Below, piece after piece: positions 61,204 through 64,000 of a DNA stretch of 64,000 nt. The stretch spans positions 96,001 through 160,000 of the forward strand of contig JAZDCZ010000419.1 in NCBI GenBank assembly GCA_036679605.1. The letters are read 5' to 3'. A program made the position numbers and the translations under genes. The DNA comes from Gemmatimonadota bacterium. GTDB lineage: Bacteria; Gemmatimonadota; Gemmatimonadetes; Gemmatimonadales; GWC2-71-9. The first letter of the stretch is position 1. Every line of letters begins with the position of its first letter. The notes under the pieces are model-generated. The model was given only the letters and a program-made list of their open reading frames with translations. It made no database searches and was not told the DNA's origin.

Positions 61204-62796
61204 ATGAGGCCTCGAAAAATTGCGCTCGGTGCAGTTGTCATTTTCCTCGCGTTCCTGTCGGGCGGATGGTTACTACAGCGCCCGCCTGCATCCGAACGAG
61301 ATGTCAAGGACAAGGCACAGCTCTTCCGGCAGGTGCTGAGCTATGTCTCCGAATATTATGTCGACACCCTCGATAGAGCCGACCTCTACGATATGGCGAT
61401 CGAGGGGCTCCTCGACCGCATCAACGACCCCTACACCTCATACCTGCGCCCCGAGGCATTCGAGGAACTCAACCTCAGCACGACCGGTAATTATGGAGGA
61501 GTAGGTATTCAAATCGACACTCGCGACGGCTGGATCACGGTTGTGACTCCGCTCGCCAACACTCCGGGAGAGAGAGCCGGCCTGTCATCGGGTGACCAAA
61601 TAAGAAGCATTGATGGCCAGTCCACCGAAGGCTGGACGACCCAACAGGCCGCCAACGTAATGCGAGGGGTTCCGGGAACCGATGTCCATCTCTTGGTGAC
61701 ACGCGTAGGCCTGCCTGAGCCTGTGCCGTTCAGCATTACCCGCGCTCGAATCCACGTGAATTATGTCGAGACACCAATGATGCTTGCACCAGGCATCGGG
61801 TATGTCCGGATCACCTCCGTGAGTCAGTCTGCGGGCGAGGAGTTAAGGCAAGCTATCAATCAGCTCCGGCAGGACGGCGCCCGCGCGCTCATCCTAGACC
61901 TACGTGGTAACCCGGGTGGAATCCTAGAGCAGGGAGTGGCCATAGGCGATCTGTTTATCGACCGCGACGATATCGTAGTAGAGATGAAAGGGCGCGCACC
62001 TCGCGCATCGCAGGTTTATGTCGCGGAGCATACGCAGGCGTGGCCGGACATGCCAATCGTAGCACTGGTTAATCGCGGCACCGCCAGCGCTGCAGAGATC
62101 ATTGCGGGAGCGCTCCAAGACCACGACCGTGCGCTCATCCTGGGAACACGTACGTACGGCAAGGGAGTAGCCTACGTAGTTCTGCCGCTTTCGAGTAGCA
62201 GGAAGGAGGCGCTAAGCGTAACGACATCCAGATGGTATACGCCCAGCGGCCGCTCCATCAACCGTCCCCTATACCGCAAACTGAGCCAGCGCCAAGCAGA
62301 GGCACTCCGAGACAGCGCACTAGCTGATTCCGGTGTGACCTTCCTATCCGATGCCGGCCGGATTTTGAAGGGCGGCGGCGGGATCATGCCTGACATTGAG
62401 CTGCTCGATACTCTTTTGACATCGGAACAAGCGTTCGCGCGCGCGCTGGGCACCAACACACAGAAATATCGCGATGCCATGTCACGCTATGCACTCGATC
62501 TCAAAGGCGCCCAGACAATTACGGATGAGCAGTTTTCCGTAACTGATGATATGGCAGGTGAGCTGCTCGTACGTTTGAGGCAGCGTGGTGTAGAGATGCC
62601 TGACTCAATATGGAACGGCGCAAGCAGCTACATCGCGCAACAGTTGGGCTTCGAAGCCACCCGCTACGTGTTCGGCAGACCTGCTGAGCTTAGGCGGCGA
62701 GCCCGTTCGGATATCCAGATCAAGCGCGCAATCGAGCTGCTGACGCAAGCCAAAACTCCGGCAGAGGTGTTCGCCTCCATGAAAAAGGGGAACTGA
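61204..62796 (+). CDS. S41-family carboxy-terminal processing protease
   Basis: PDZ GVGIQI, LILDLRGNPGG, TASAAEIIAGALQD, RTYGKG, WYTPSGRSI. Confidence 0.93.
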   Translation: MRPRKIALGAVVIFLAFLSGGWLLQRPPASERDVKDKAQLFRQVLSYVSEYYVDTLDRADLYDMAIEGLLDRINDPYTSYLRPEAFEELNLSTTGNYGGVGIQIDTRDGWITVVTPLANTPGERAGLSSGDQIRSIDGQSTEGWTTQQAANVMRGVPGTDVHLLVTRVGLPEPVPFSITRARIHVNYVETPMMLAPGIGYVRITSVSQSAGEELRQAINQLRQDGARALILDLRGNPGGILEQGVAIGDLFIDRDDIVVEMKGRAPRASQVYVAEHTQAWPDMPIVALVNRGTASAAEIIAGALQDHDRALILGTRTYGKGVAYVVLPLSSSRKEALSVTTSRWYTPSGRSINRPLYRKLSQRQAEALRDSALADSGVTFLSDAGRILKGGGGIMPDIELLDTLLTSEQAFARALGTNTQKYRDAMSRYALDLKGAQTITDEQFSVTDDMAGELLVRLRQRGVEMPDSIWNGASSYIAQQLGFEATRYVFGRPAELRRRARSDIQIKRAIELLTQAKTPAEVFASMKKGN

Positions 62797-62808
62797 ACCG
62801 CCAGCCAG

Positions 62809-64000
62809 CTAGAGTCGTCCTCGTCGCTTGAGTTCGAGATACTTCTCGACTACGGCGGCACTTGCCCGCTCTGGAGGTACGTCCAACACAACAGCACCGG
62901 AGCGGCGCATCCGCGTTAGCGCCTCATCACGGGCGGAGAGTAGCTCCTCCGCTGCAGCCTTACGATAGGCTGCTGCCACCGTAACCGGTCGCGCCTCAGC
63001 AACTTGATCTAGCTCAGGATTCCGCAGTGTAACGACGAGAGGAAGGTGTCTCGGGCGAAGAGATCCGACATTGGCCACTAACGCCTCCGAGGCCGTTCGA
63101 TCGATCACGTCGGTGAAAAAAACTGTTAGCGCTCGCTTCCGGTTCCTAACTGCCAGGTAGCGAAACCCCGCAGGATAATCGGATTCGACCAGCCTGGGTT
63201 GAACCACTGAAAGCACCTCTAGTACTTGCCGCAGCCCTCTTCGCCCTCGCTGTGGCGTTACGTAATGCATCACTTCGTCGGCCAGCGTCATGACCCCGAT
63301 GTTGTCATCGTGCCGTGTCGCTGCCAGAGCAAGTGACAGCGCCGCCTGAACCACATACTCCATTCGTGCTCGGCCAGCAACCTCAGCAGTGAGAAGACGG
63401 CCGGCGTCTAGCACCAGCAGTACTTGCTGACGGCGCTCCGCTTCGAACTGACGTGCGATAACCTTGTTGCGTCGTGCGCTGGCCTTCCAATCGATGTGCC
63501 GAGTGTCGTCGCCGGGTACCCATTCCCTGAGACTCTCGAACTGGCGGCCCTCTCCCAAGCGGCGAAGTTGACGGAGACCGGCCTCGCGACGCCGAGTGGC
63601 CTCTGCGATCGAAGCCTTGAGTCGTGACACTGGAAGACTTGGGAAGATTATTACCGCCCACTCGTGGGCGACTCGCCTCTGCCGCTGGCCCAGACCGAGA
63701 GGTCCGTGGCTACGGATCGCGAACCAGCCCGCCGTCTCCCGGCCACGTAGGACTGGTACTGCCAACTGTTCTTCACGCACCATACTCTTGGCGCCGATCA
63801 CCAACTTGCGAGACGGCATGACACCCCCTAGCAGACGAGGACGGGTCTCACGAATCAGCAGCCGAGCCGTTCGCACAAGTGGATTAGCCCACCGGTAGGA
63901 GAAGGCAACATTCTGGCCTACCGAAAAACTGTTTTGAGCAACGCGGGAAACCGACAGTCGCGCAGGATCGACGGCAAGCTTGGCGTCACTCCAGACGGCC
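62809..64000 (-). CDS. DUF58 (vWA-like) protein, N-terminus beyond the window
   Basis: FESLREWVPGDDTRHIDWKASAR; the frame stays open to the window end. Confidence 0.88.
   Translation of the reverse strand, partial: AVWSDAKLAVDPARLSVSRVAQNSFSVGQNVAFSYRWANPLVRTARLLIRETRPRLLGGVMPSRKLVIGAKSMVREEQLAVPVLRGRETAGWFAIRSHGPLGLGQRQRRVAHEWAVIIFPSLPVSRLKASIAEATRRREAGLRQLRRLGEGRQFESLREWVPGDDTRHIDWKASARRNKVIARQFEAERRQQVLLVLDAGRLLTAEVAGRARMEYVVQAALSLALAATRHDDNIGVMTLADEVMHYVTPQRGRRGLRQVLEVLSVVQPRLVESDYPAGFRYLAVRNRKRALTVFFTDVIDRTASEALVANVGSLRPRHLPLVVTLRNPELDQVAEARPVTVAAAYRKAAAEELLSARDEALTRMRRSGAVVLDVPPERASAAVVEKYLELKRRGRL

Overview
A high-GC bacterial chromosome window; gene content suggests Gemmatimonadota (inference). 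The left flank (1-17.7 kb) is core metabolism: a BamA/TamA-family OMP, an FprA-type reductase, pduO, a PhzF-family gene, aroB, a short sigma70, glcDEF, ygfZ, fdhD and an NAD-linked formate dehydrogenase. The catalytic subunit of that enzyme reads through an in-frame UGA with a SECIS hairpin, so it is a selenoprotein. An accessory/defence island (~17.7-40.7 kb) holds an MNT-HEPN toxin-antitoxin (TA) pair, a TPR-like gene and a complete type I-E CRISPR-Cas operon with a 78-repeat array. It also holds two Phd-VapC pairs, an ECF sigma/anti-sigma/periplasmic sensor trio and two near-identical coiled-coil membrane-protein paralogues. The right flank has a symporter/peptidase operon, an AAA-vWA pair, a fused SucA/SucB (Kgd-like) gene, yggT/yggU, a SAM-II riboswitch with terminator before metH and yitJ, an MTHFR-like gene, an S41 protease and a DUF58 gene. 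Two observations stand out. (i) The I-E array ends in a chimeric I-E/I-C repeat followed by a full type I-C repeat, although no I-C cas genes are in the window. (ii) Four copies of TGTC-N12-TANNNT, the spacing of PafBC/WYL-activated DNA-damage promoters, lie upstream of cas3. All calls come from reading the sequence by eye; no database searches were run.
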